Part shown: in pieces, positions 1 through 8,853 of the stretch
How the letters are laid out: every line of letters starts with the position of its first letter
Position numbering within the stretch: the stretch's first letter is position 1
Virus record (IMG/VR): IMGVR_UViG_3300042923_001283
Coordinates: 1 to 55,253 of that record
From: a virus
Lineage: Duplodnaviria; Caudoviricetes
Reading direction: 5' to 3' (one strand)
Length of the DNA stretch: 55,253 nt
The notes under the pieces: model-generated
What the model was told of the DNA's origin: nothing
Database searches by the model: none
The model's input: the letters and a program-made list of their open reading frames with translations, nothing else
Position numbers and translations under genes: made by a program

Positions 1-127
1 CGTCATAAAATGACGGTCTTTATCAACTATCGCATCCATTAGTTAAAGTACAATTTTTCACAAACTTCTACCGGAGTTGTAAAAAATTCGAGCATGCAAA
101 GTTTAAGGTACTTATTTAATCTCCAAT
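1..127. repeat. 127-bp exact terminal direct repeat (copy 1); circular-contig overlap
   Basis: Identical to 55127-55253; a length of 127 matches a common de Bruijn k-mer overlap. Confidence 0.95.
18..51 (+). repeat. loxP-like cassette site C
   Basis: CTTTATCAACTAT-CGCATCCA-TTAGTTAAAGTAC; follows hairpin GACCGTCAT-AAA-ATGACGGTC; duplicated at 55144-55177 by the terminal repeat. Confidence 0.6.
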
Positions 128-1857
128 ATTTCCTTCATATATTTTTTAAATGCATCATTTTTCCAGAATCCCAGCCGAATCCCGTCAATTCCTCTAGTCA
201 TCAGAATATAGTAAATATTCAACACAAATAAGGTAAACTCTTGTGCATTTTCCGGGCTTTCATCGTCTTTGGAGAACTTGCCGTTTACATTATGAAAATT
301 CTCTGGATTGCCGAACAACCGACCCTTTGCATCGACTTGAAGATCATTGCCGACTAAAACGCCGACTTTATTCAAATCGATTCCCTGAACTGCAAAGACG
401 GAGCCAATCTGCTCCTCAGCATCGGCCTCCTCCGAATAAATCCAATTTTCTTGAGTTGAATTCCATCTTCGTTTGATATTTCCTTCATGCCAATGAGTGA
501 TAAACGGGTTTTTGCCATCAGCCTGCTTCCAAGGTTCAACTAATCCACCTAGCACTCGGTTTATATGTTCAGGATTGAAATTTCTGTCTTCTTCTACCCA
601 GTCAATCAAACTCTTTAAAGGTTCTGTTTCAAAATATCCAAAATAAGCATCAGCATCACTATCTTGGAACACAGCTCTGTCAAATTTCGAATTAAAATTC
701 GTTTGTTCTAATAGACCTGTATCCTTATACAAAAGATATTTTATGCCATTTACGAAATCTTCTGATGTATAGTTCTTTCCTGCTGGCGCTTGGATTCTAA
801 ATTGAGTTGTTAAGTATCGCTTTACAAAGTCTTTGGTTGCTTCATTGAATTGCGCACGTGTCATATTTGCAGGGCGAATAGCTTGCAATACGTCATACAT
901 TAACACGATTTGACTGCCTATTTTTTTTAAAGCCTCCAAGTGGTGCTCATCCTGGGCAAATCTTCCCTTATAGACTTTGTTAAAAGATGCCATTTGCTTG
1001 GAAAATTTTCTAGAAAGCTTATGAGATTCGTCAACAATTACAACATCATAATTTTCATCGGCATTAATCAGCTGTGTCGAGCTAGCAAGTGTCAGGTTAC
1101 TGTTGTTCATTCCATATACTCTAAAGATATCCTTTGCCGTTTCAATCCAATTAGGCTGCAAAACGACTGCTACTCGCTGATTAGGTTTTTCTTTCAACAG
1201 CTTTGCGACCAAATGAGTCAGCAATACGGTTTTGCCAGTCCCTGCATCGCCATTAATCACAAAGTTTTTATCAGGATACGATATAATCTCCTCAAGAAAG
1301 TCCATTTGCTGGAGTGTTAATACTTTGATTGGGCTATATTTGACCAGTGCTCCATTGCGCAACTTCTCTAAAGTCGGTGTGCTTACCCATCCATTAGGGT
1401 ATAGCTCTTTTTCCCAAAAAGGCAAAATGACTTCTGAAGCAACCTTTTCTCGGTCTCGGTAGTCATTGACGCTGTTGCCATTGGTCCGATTAATAATCTC
1501 ATCATTATCATATTGAACCAGCTGCTTTTTAGATTTTGGATTGTCGGCCATAAAGTAGGTTATCAGCTGGCTTTCGACATCATCTAAGGCTGAACCGTTG
1601 AAATAGGTTGAAATAAGAATAATTACTTGGTCGAAATCTGCTAAATTAAATTTTTCCTCTTGACCATTGTAGTGCTGCTTATTCCGCTCAGTAAAGTGTT
1701 TCGTTTGTCCAATATAAATCTTTTTCGACTTCGTCCCTTTGTAGATATAAACGGCATTGCCATTTTTAAGAATATTTTGTTCAGGCTGGCGAAGTTTATC
1801 AAAACCTTCCAATTCTCCATTTTTCACTTTCAATGGTATACAGTTGTACTTAGCCAT
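112..1857 (-). CDS. GIY-YIG nuclease fused to DUF2075 (Schlafen-associated SF1 helicase); candidate defence protein
   Basis: N-terminal VYIY...IYIGQT GIY-YIG motif, Walker A GDAGTGKT, Walker B VDESH, C-terminal IGSVFAVQGIDL and YYILMTRG motifs. Confidence 0.85.
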   Translation of the reverse strand: MAKYNCIPLKVKNGELEGFDKLRQPEQNILKNGNAVYIYKGTKSKKIYIGQTKHFTERNKQHYNGQEEKFNLADFDQVIILISTYFNGSALDDVESQLITYFMADNPKSKKQLVQYDNDEIINRTNGNSVNDYRDREKVASEVILPFWEKELYPNGWVSTPTLEKLRNGALVKYSPIKVLTLQQMDFLEEIISYPDKNFVINGDAGTGKTVLLTHLVAKLLKEKPNQRVAVVLQPNWIETAKDIFRVYGMNNSNLTLASSTQLINADENYDVVIVDESHKLSRKFSKQMASFNKVYKGRFAQDEHHLEALKKIGSQIVLMYDVLQAIRPANMTRAQFNEATKDFVKRYLTTQFRIQAPAGKNYTSEDFVNGIKYLLYKDTGLLEQTNFNSKFDRAVFQDSDADAYFGYFETEPLKSLIDWVEEDRNFNPEHINRVLGGLVEPWKQADGKNPFITHWHEGNIKRRWNSTQENWIYSEEADAEEQIGSVFAVQGIDLNKVGVLVGNDLQVDAKGRLFGNPENFHNVNGKFSKDDESPENAQEFTLFVLNIYYILMTRGIDGIRLGFWKNDAFKKYMKEILEIK

Positions 1858-1873
1858 TGCTTAATCCACCTCA

Positions 1874-1907
1874 TCCAATTCATTATATTGCTCATTAGTT
1901 GCTTAAG
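1874..1907 (+). repeat. loxP-like cassette site D (degenerate left arm)
   Basis: TCCAATTCATTAT-ATTGCTCA-TTAGTTGCTTAAG, directly upstream of the RBS of 112-1857. Confidence 0.5.
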
Positions 1908-2077
1908 AAAATCAACATTATTCTTTAACCGATCATTTATTTAAAAAACTCTATATTTAAAAGTACACTAACATAAAAATGGCCATCATAAAGATGACCA
2001 AATATCTTCAACAGCTTTCTTTCTGCCCACTTGTATAGGTTAGAATTATGTTTTTATGATATTCCATACAAAATAGT

Positions 2078-3133
2078 TTACATTCCGAAATGTGCTTTTC
2101 TATGACAATTGGGACACAGCGCTTTGGCATTATCTACTGTATCATCTCCATCTTGAGAAAGTGGAACAACATGATGTACTTCAAGGTATGGCGTACCATC
2201 CGATGCTCTTAGAAAAGGTGCTTCATTTCCACAATCCTCACAAATTCCATTTGCTCTTTTCAACACTTCTGCAACGACATCAGGATTTCGTTTATAATTA
2301 GTTGTTATTACTTGGATTATCTGAGGTTTTTTAGGTGCATTTATCAAACGTTTTTTTCTCAATTCTTCAGATGTACCTTTTGATTCTGCAACCTTTTTTT
2401 CTAAATCATTATGATACTCCGTATCCGTAATAGGATTCTCAATAGTGTAATAATCTATTTTTCTTAGCCTAAACCACTTTGACCCATCATCTTCATAATT
2501 AATATCTGAATAGCCAAAAATTCCAGATAAAGTAAGAATAGTATCATTTTTAATAAAAACATAAATAGGTACATTACTCTGTGTTGAGTTGATTATTGCT
2601 TGATTAACTTTGTAATCTGGATCAAATTTATCTCGTAGTGAATAGAGATAATACTTTAACTCTTCCCCATCTTCGATCCATTCGTTGGGATACTTTCCAT
2701 TTTTCAATGTTGCTTTTATAAAGATTGCTTTATTCCTTGGCTTTCCTGGAATAATGTATATACCCGATTGAACATCATATGTTTTTGAAAAAATAGCAAT
2801 ATCCCAAGATGTATATTTTTGTCCGATTACAAAGTCATTTAAGGTAGTAATGTCATCAAAATCATTACTGAATCTTTCTTCAAAATCACTTAAAAGATCT
2901 TCATATGTCCTTAATCCTAGCTTTTTCATTTCCTCATAAACTTTTTTATTAGAAGCATCTGGGGCCTTATCGAATCTTTTCAAATATAAATATAGATCAC
3001 CTGTTTTCCTCATTCTATTAACTAAGGTTTTTGATCTTTGAATACTATTCTTTATAGATTTATCTAGTAAGGGGTGGCTAAGTGCAGGATCATGGACTTG
3101 TGATAATACATATTCTCTCGCCTGGTCTAACAT
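2078..3133 (-). CDS. McrA-like HNH endonuclease with putative modified-base reader domain (type IV restriction candidate)
   Basis: C-terminal RANGICEDC...LEVHHVVPLSQDGDDTVDNAKALCPNCHRKAHFG is typical of McrA-type HNH; central YPNEW...LKYY resembles an SRA/PUA-like domain. Confidence 0.8.
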   Translation of the reverse strand: MLDQAREYVLSQVHDPALSHPLLDKSIKNSIQRSKTLVNRMRKTGDLYLYLKRFDKAPDASNKKVYEEMKKLGLRTYEDLLSDFEERFSNDFDDITTLNDFVIGQKYTSWDIAIFSKTYDVQSGIYIIPGKPRNKAIFIKATLKNGKYPNEWIEDGEELKYYLYSLRDKFDPDYKVNQAIINSTQSNVPIYVFIKNDTILTLSGIFGYSDINYEDDGSKWFRLRKIDYYTIENPITDTEYHNDLEKKVAESKGTSEELRKKRLINAPKKPQIIQVITTNYKRNPDVVAEVLKRANGICEDCGNEAPFLRASDGTPYLEVHHVVPLSQDGDDTVDNAKALCPNCHRKAHFGM

Positions 3134-3221
3134 ATTATTTCCTCCTATATAATCCCTGGGGTGTACATAGAATTCGCTTAGTAAAATGTCCGCCCAAGGC
3201 TGTGTAGATCATATTCGATTT

Positions 3222-3257
3222 CTTATTCACTAAAGCTCACCTTTAGAGTTGCATAAG
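3222..3257 (+). repeat. loxP-like cassette site E (with indels)
   Basis: CTTATTCACTAA-AGCTCACCT-TTAGAGTTGCATAAG. Confidence 0.5.
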
Positions 3258-3399
3258 GATTTACATGTTTATTGAACAATTTCGTCGTATTGTTCACTAC
3301 TATTAGTATTGTTTTATTTTTTAATAAAAAATGTAAGTGTTTTGCAATGCTCTTACTAAGGATCCTTTATTTTTGTATCCCTACAACAATTGATCACAG

Positions 3400-3428
3400 A
3401 AAAAGGCTCATTATGAGAGCCCTTTTCT
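3400..3428. terminator. Probable intrinsic terminator downstream of 3459-4997
   Basis: AAAAAGGCTC-ATTATGA-GAGCCCTTTT hairpin with A/T tracts. Confidence 0.6.
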
Positions 3429-3458
3429 TTGTAAACTAATCTAGCAATTTCTTATATA

Positions 3459-4997
3459 TTATCTAACGGTTATTTTTCTCGTAACCGCTATTTTATTACC
3501 CGATTTATCTGTAACACTATAAATTAATGTATAGGTTCCTTTTTTCTTCGTGTTGACAACACCTGTTACTTTGATTTGGTTTGTCAAGTTTCCATCGACA
3601 TTGTCTTTTGCAGACACTCCTGCTTTTACGTCGAATTTCGCCTTCAGTTTAATCGTCTTAGGAATTGCTCCCGAAATAACTGGCTTTATGTGATCCATAA
3701 CAGTGATTTTTCTTGAAACAACCGCTGTGTTTCCTGATTTATCAGATACCGTGTAGGTTATGACATAAACACCTATTTTCTTTGTATTTACGAAACCTGA
3801 CAACCTGATGGCACTTGTTATGTCGCCATCGTTATTATCAATTGCCATTACGCCTTGAAGGGGATTAAATGTTGTGTTCGCGTTAACTGACTTATTATTC
3901 ACCCCTGATAGGACAGGTTCAACATCATCAATAACGGTTATTTTTCTTTTAACAGTGGTCGTGTTTCCATATTTATCACTAATCGTATATGTTAGTGTAT
4001 AAACACCCTTTTCCGTTGTCACTACACTTCCACTAATATTGATGAAACTTGTTAGGTCACCATCCTCATTATCAATGGCAGATACAGCTGACCTAGCGTC
4101 AAATGGTGAATCTATATTAATAACGGTATCTGTTGCTCCAGAAATAACAGGGGCAATAGTATCTACACTTGGTGTATTTAAGTCTGGAGATAATAAATAG
4201 GGTTTATAGTTTACATAGGCACCAATATCAAGGTCATCATTTTTATCCACTATTAGTTTTTCTATTTTGGTTTCATCAGTCGTACCCCAATAATTTTCTA
4301 CTGCTAAAATGTTCGCTTCCTTTGAGCCATTTGTAAGATATATGGCATACTGATTCGTTTTAAACGTATTATTTTTTATGATAGTAGTTCCTTCTGGAAA
4401 ATTATTTATTAATATATTTTTATTTCCACCATAGAAATAATTATTTAATACATAGGCCGTACTATGCCCCGAATTATATAACCCCTTAAATGGAGCTAAA
4501 ATAATCGGGTCTGCATTAAGAAAAATGTTTTTTTCAATCACTGTATCTCCATTTGCATATGAAAGATCGATCTTGCCAGTGTAATTTAGGGTGGAATTTG
4601 TTAAAGTAAGTTTTGCTCTTGTTTTACATGGTGTCCCTTGGTTAATCATAGAATAATCTATATTAATTTCACTTATGCCTCTAGGTTCTATTTCTAAATT
4701 GTTTAAAGTTACGATCGAATCTTTTTTACCTAAGACATTTATTTTTGAATCAAAAACTTCTATTGTTTTAGCATGACCTTCTACTACTACACCATCTTCA
4801 ATTGTTAAAGTAACATTTTCCCCTACTTGAATATTTCCAGCTAGTTCATATGGTGATTTATCTTTGGTCCAAATAGTGTTTTCTTTTATTCTTCCGCTAA
4901 CTTCAGTACCTGAATTAGCTTGAGCTGGGATATTTGTTTGAACACACATTAGTATTATCATAAAAGATAATACAATTGATACTAATCTTTTTTTCAT
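3459..4997 (-). CDS. Secreted/surface protein with beta-helix-like region and three DUF5011/Ig-like repeats
   Basis: Signal peptide MKKRLVSIVLSFMIILM; three repeats of P(V/I)xSG...A.DN.DG..T..I...G.V.T...G.Y...Y.V.D..GN. Confidence 0.85.
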   Translation of the reverse strand: MKKRLVSIVLSFMIILMCVQTNIPAQANSGTEVSGRIKENTIWTKDKSPYELAGNIQVGENVTLTIEDGVVVEGHAKTIEVFDSKINVLGKKDSIVTLNNLEIEPRGISEINIDYSMINQGTPCKTRAKLTLTNSTLNYTGKIDLSYANGDTVIEKNIFLNADPIILAPFKGLYNSGHSTAYVLNNYFYGGNKNILINNFPEGTTIIKNNTFKTNQYAIYLTNGSKEANILAVENYWGTTDETKIEKLIVDKNDDLDIGAYVNYKPYLLSPDLNTPSVDTIAPVISGATDTVINIDSPFDARSAVSAIDNEDGDLTSFINISGSVVTTEKGVYTLTYTISDKYGNTTTVKRKITVIDDVEPVLSGVNNKSVNANTTFNPLQGVMAIDNNDGDITSAIRLSGFVNTKKIGVYVITYTVSDKSGNTAVVSRKITVMDHIKPVISGAIPKTIKLKAKFDVKAGVSAKDNVDGNLTNQIKVTGVVNTKKKGTYTLIYSVTDKSGNKIAVTRKITVR

Positions 4998-5125
4998 TTT
5001 TTATTTCCTTCCTATATGTATTATTTTCTATTAATTTATTTAGCACCCGTTTAACTTGTTTCAATTATGTATATCACAATATTTCGAAATACTCTTAATT
5101 TTGATAATTAATATGTTCATCTAGT

Positions 5126-5396
5126 TCACTTGTAGTAGGCTCTCAATTGTTTTTCTAAATTCCACTCCTTTGATTTAAGTGTAGATGAACTAAACCAACT
5201 AGCACCTTCCTTTAACCATCGTTATCTATACTCTTCAATCGTTCGTTTCAGGATTGTTCTTACCATCATCATCAAATCCAGGTTGAAACCCACAACAAGG
5301 ACAAATGTTATGCATAGGAAAACCATTTTCATATTATGGTGAGTCTAAATTTGGATACCCACATACAACATAAGTAAATTTCTTTATATAAATCAT
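5126..5396 (-). pseudogene. Degraded cysteine-rich (CPCC-like) small protein gene
   Basis: Reads MIYIKKFTYVVCGYPNLDSP*YENGFPMHNICPCCGFQPGFDDD; a 4-bp AACG duplication shifts the frame to ETIEEYR*RWLKEGASWF...WNLEKQL; two stops and one frameshift. Confidence 0.7.
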
Positions 5397-5460
5397 CTCC
5401 TTTTAACCCTACATTAAAAACCTTAATAATGATAAATTCTACATCATTAGAAATCTTCCT

Positions 5461-5496
5461 CCTTATGAAAGTAAACTGCCCGTTACTTCCATAAGG
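5461..5496 (+). repeat. loxP-like cassette site F (best palindrome)
   Basis: CCTTATGAAAGTAA-ACTGCCCG-TTACTTCCATAAGG; 14-bp arms with 1 mismatch and an 8-bp asymmetric spacer. Confidence 0.7.
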
Positions 5497-5554
5497 AAAA
5501 AGAATTCTTAATTCACTTTTTTATTTGTTCCAATTGGCTAAGATAAAAGAAAAT

Positions 5555-5601
5555 CCTATTAAAGTTTTTATCGTCATTTCAATGAACAGGGGCAATAACC
5601 C
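5555..5601 (+). other. attL-like hybrid site (non-P left half, TC core, P' arm)
   Basis: TC at 5579-5580 then AATGAACAGGGGCAATAACCC, 20/21 identical to 52120-52140; left half unrelated to the P arm. Confidence 0.75.
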
Positions 5602-5625
5602 TTCTCTGCTATCAAGGGATTGTGT

Positions 5626-6258
5626 TTATCTTAAATCCTCTTTTGCGTAAATTTCACAGGATAAGTTATGTTGTTTGCAAATAGCTTTTAGATTATCACG
5701 TCTTAATGGCGTAAATGTGTAAAATACAATAACTGGTTTATGTTTAAATTGTTTTTGGATAGCTATATCTAATTCGGCATATTGTTGGATTTTATTTTTA
5801 TTTTCATTCATGGACTGTGTGCGATCCACTTCTAAAAAGTGATAAATACCATTACGGGTAAATTGAGCATCTGGTCGAATGAATTTAGGTGTATTAATAA
5901 GACCTGTTGGATTTATCTTAATTTCTTGTTCAATTTTCCAATCTGACGGCCTATTATAATAAAGATACATATCATTCCTCAACAGGTGGTGTTCCGCCTG
6001 GAGGTTCCATTTGATCTCTATCGATGTTCCGACTAACTCCCTTCCTTTTGCGTTTAGGTAGTAGACGTTCTTCCCATCGTGATTCTGAATGTGGAGATAC
6101 TCCTTCATTCGGCTTAGGATTTTTAGTGCGTTTCTTTCGTAACCGAGATTGTGAAGCTTTTGGAGCTGCTCCCTGGTCGCAAACTTCATCATCAATAAAC
6201 TCCACAAAATTTCTTCCTCTCGTTTCTTCTTTCGTTCCGTGCTCGTTAACCTGCTCAC
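5626..6258 (-). CDS. Replication-relaxation family (MOBC-like relaxase) protein
   Basis: wHTH-like N-terminus (FATREQLQKLH), HHLLRND and RPDA...FLEVDRTQ motifs; likely GTG start at 6258 after GAGAGGGG. Confidence 0.8.
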   Translation of the reverse strand: MSRLTSTERKKKREEEILWSLLMMKFATREQLQKLHNLGYERNALKILSRMKEYLHIQNHDGKNVYYLNAKGRELVGTSIEIKWNLQAEHHLLRNDMYLYYNRPSDWKIEQEIKINPTGLINTPKFIRPDAQFTRNGIYHFLEVDRTQSMNENKNKIQQYAELDIAIQKQFKHKPVIVFYTFTPLRRDNLKAICKQHNLSCEIYAKEDLR

Positions 6259-7480
6259 TGCCAATTTCCCCTCTCTTAACTTGATGCATTGCAAGTCGCT
6301 CCCACATTTCATCATCTTCAATTAATGGTACCTGCATTTCTTTTAATTCGTGGGTTTTGTAGAGACCTCTACCTTTAATGTTTGACGGTAATTTTTCGGC
6401 ACCTGATTCATCGATAGCAACGTCTGAGGCATAACTAGAAGGGAGTCTAAAGGTTATCTTTCCGTCGGCATTTTGTTTGATTTGACGTGGTAGTGTGTCA
6501 GCTGTAGGGTATTGAGTCGCAAACACTAAACGATACCCTAAAGCTCCACCTATTCGAGCAATTTCACCTAATGCATACTGGCAAAAGCCTAATTGTGCTT
6601 TTAGTTGAGGTTTCATCCACTTCTCAGGTGCCAATTGAGCCGCTTCATCAACAATTACAAATCTTCTTTTCTTTAATGGAGTATTTACGATATTACTCCA
6701 TCCTTTACTTCTAAATACACGATATTCTTCCTGCATTAAACCTAATGGGAGAGGTTTCTTTTCATCCCCTTCGTCTGAATTAGTAAGATAAAACAAAAGT
6801 GCCTGGGCTTCCTCTGGATTGTTAGCTACGGCTTTCACTTGCTTTAAACAATCGTATTTTCCAAATTCTAATCCACCTTTGAGATCGATAATATAAAACT
6901 CAACATCAACACCATGTTGTTCAATCAAATAAGTTATGAGGACTTTTAAAAATACGGTTTTTCCGAATCGGGTGGTACCAGCTACAGTCATGTGTGGGGT
7001 ATGATCAAAGTTATGCCATATAGTTTCTTCCAATGTGCGACCAAGTGGTATTACCCACTTATCTGAGATTGAAGGTACTTTTGCATAAGGGTATAAGTTT
7101 GGAATGTCTTTATTGAATACAGATATAGTGAGATATTTGCGAAGATCCTTTTCTATCGAAGCTTTAAATTCTACAATGACTGGCCGATTCAATCCATCCG
7201 TGAAAATGCCTACATTCTTTTCCATTTCAGCCAATTTTGTTGCAGGTAATCCTAGAGGAATTTGATAGAGATATCTGGTCCCGATTTGTTCCTCTCCATC
7301 CATAATGGAAAGTTTCTTTCTAAAACGAGGTTTATCTAATTTGCCATCTTTTTTCTTTATGCCATAGCCAACATTCTCGAATATAGTTTTTATCTTACCT
7401 TTATCTTGATTGCCAGATGGAACAAGAGCAGCTACACCGATTAAAGCAGGAACCATTAACCATTCAAGCATATATTTCAT
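5972..7480 (-). CDS. FtsK/SpoIIIE-family ATPase (coupling-protein-like) with N-terminal membrane anchor
   Basis: Walker A AGTTRFGKT, IDLKGGLEF, Walker B VDEAAQL, ATQYPT; start may be ATG 7471; C-terminal tail overlaps the relaxase gene. Confidence 0.9.
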   Translation of the reverse strand: MKYMLEWLMVPALIGVAALVPSGNQDKGKIKTIFENVGYGIKKKDGKLDKPRFRKKLSIMDGEEQIGTRYLYQIPLGLPATKLAEMEKNVGIFTDGLNRPVIVEFKASIEKDLRKYLTISVFNKDIPNLYPYAKVPSISDKWVIPLGRTLEETIWHNFDHTPHMTVAGTTRFGKTVFLKVLITYLIEQHGVDVEFYIIDLKGGLEFGKYDCLKQVKAVANNPEEAQALLFYLTNSDEGDEKKPLPLGLMQEEYRVFRSKGWSNIVNTPLKKRRFVIVDEAAQLAPEKWMKPQLKAQLGFCQYALGEIARIGGALGYRLVFATQYPTADTLPRQIKQNADGKITFRLPSSYASDVAIDESGAEKLPSNIKGRGLYKTHELKEMQVPLIEDDEMWERLAMHQVKRGEIGSEQVNEHGTKEETRGRNFVEFIDDEVCDQGAAPKASQSRLRKKRTKNPKPNEGVSPHSESRWEERLLPKRKRKGVSRNIDRDQMEPPGGTPPVEE

Positions 7481-7631
7481 TCGCTAATCTAATTTGCAAA
7501 ACATGCCCATAAGGAGTCATCACAAATAGCTCTTTTTCCCAGCTATACATAATTTCAACTGAATCACCTGGTAATGACGAAAACACTTTTCCATTTCTTT
7601 GATAATCCACTTGAGTAAAAATTTTCATCAT
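7464..7631 (-). CDS. Small hypothetical protein (55 aa) coupled to the FtsK gene
   Basis: MMKIFTQVDYQRNGKVF...; RBS GGTGGGG; stop overlaps the FtsK start region. Confidence 0.45.
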   Translation of the reverse strand: MMKIFTQVDYQRNGKVFSSLPGDSVEIMYSWEKELFVMTPYGHVLQIRLANEIYA

Positions 7632-7804
7632 TTCTCATCCCCACCTTTGCAAATTGGGAGGGCCCCCATAAATGCGACGAAGGAGTATTGGGGAGGGACC
7701 CAATAGTTTCAAATCATCGGTACAATTTGATACAAGCTTAAACCGTTGATACAACTGATTTTTTGTAGTTCCGAATACTAGACACCCACCGAACTGATGA
7801 CAGG

Positions 7805-8032
7805 TTACATGAAAAGGGTATGCCAAAGTGTAGTCTTAAGAATAAACATCAGAAGAGACGCACCGATTGACGTATAAGCAATTATCAGTACCAACGTTTC
7901 GTTAATCGACACTCCAAACTTTTCCGCAATAATCAGCCCTATAAGGACAACTCCACCAGCTACGAACAAGCCAACATCACTATTCATAAAAACCTTCCAT
8001 GGGATTGTCTCCGTTACTCCATTAAAGGCCAC
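7805..8032 (-). CDS. Small 2-TM membrane protein of the FtsK-relaxase operon
   Basis: GTG start after GGAGG; two hydrophobic helices. Confidence 0.7.
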   Translation of the reverse strand: MAFNGVTETIPWKVFMNSDVGLFVAGGVVLIGLIIAEKFGVSINETLVLIIAYTSIGASLLMFILKTTLWHTLFM

Positions 8033-8156
8033 GCTTTTCGACCTCCTTCCAGAACTCGATATCTTCCCCACGCTCCTGATCACGCTTCTCATATCCATGC
8101 AAATGACCGAAAAGGAAAATCATCGTTCCTACACATACAGCTGGAATAATAAACAT
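8022..8156 (-). CDS. Small single-TM protein (44 aa)
   Basis: MFIIPAVCVGTMIFLFG...; RBS GGAGGG. Confidence 0.6.
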   Translation of the reverse strand: MFIIPAVCVGTMIFLFGHLHGYEKRDQERGEDIEFWKEVEKRGL

Positions 8157-8157
8157 T

Positions 8158-8424
8158 TTAGTCCCTCCTATACTTATCAATAATTTTTTGTTCGATTTTT
8201 TGATAACTCGGTACATCGTGAGTAACGTCAGCAAATCGGTAGAGATGATCTAAGATACTTTCATACTCGCTTTTCTTTGTGGCTTGGTTGTAGCACTCAT
8301 TCAAATACTTTGAACTAAAAAGCATCGGATAAGATTCTAACTCTTGGAAGGTCCACTCTTTTCGTTCCGGTTCTTTAGCAGCTCCATAACCATCAAAGAT
8401 ACTTTTGATAAAATTATTCATCAT
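8158..8424 (-). CDS. Hypothetical protein
   Basis: 88-aa ORF tightly coupled to its neighbours. Confidence 0.65.
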   Translation of the reverse strand: MMNNFIKSIFDGYGAAKEPERKEWTFQELESYPMLFSSKYLNECYNQATKKSEYESILDHLYRFADVTHDVPSYQKIEQKIIDKYRRD

Positions 8425-8515
8425 GATTCATCGCCCAACAGTAATCACAGATTTTATCGTGATTGGTAAATTGGTAATCATCTCGTTCCTGACCACAATC
8501 CTCACACGTTTTCAC
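8414..8515 (-). CDS. 33-aa CxxC...CxxC zinc-finger mini-protein
   Basis: MKTCEDCGQERDDYQFTNHDKICDYCWAMNHDE; GTGA start/stop overlap with the upstream gene; RBS GGAG. Confidence 0.5.
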   Translation of the reverse strand: MKTCEDCGQERDDYQFTNHDKICDYCWAMNHDE

Positions 8516-8709
8516 GAAGCATCACTCCCAATTCGATTTAACAACGATTGGACTATGTTCGTATCAATGACATTCCAGTAGTTATTGAGGGAAAACTCTT
8601 CACGATTTTGGTCATAGCCAATACAATCACCATTTTTAAGCCATACATAGAATTGACCTTCTTCACGATCCTGTTCCCACATAGTTTCGAATAACTCCAT
8701 CGGCACCAT
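8512..8709 (-). CDS. Hypothetical protein, first gene of the leftward operon
   Basis: ORF with AAGGA RBS-like sequence. Confidence 0.6.
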   Translation of the reverse strand: MVPMELFETMWEQDREEGQFYVWLKNGDCIGYDQNREEFSLNNYWNVIDTNIVQSLLNRIGSDAS

Positions 8710-8853
8710 CCTTTCGTTGTTCTGTACTCTATTCTTATGACCGTTCTGGGCTAAAGTTGCTTGTACTCATAATATTTTTTTGATTATTATTTAAAAAATC
8801 TTTTGAAAGGACTTGTACTAAAGTAGTCGAACTTATTTATAGAGGTGTATATT

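Noticed and set aside
1978-2040. Hairpin followed by CTGCCC as an additional cassette site
   Set aside because: Spacer-like hexamer present but arms do not match the consensus; at best a relic
8730-8762. Sporulation sigma (SigK/SigE)-like promoter GCAAC-N16-CATAAGAAT for the FtsK operon
   Set aside because: The -10 match is imperfect; cannot be supported without expression data
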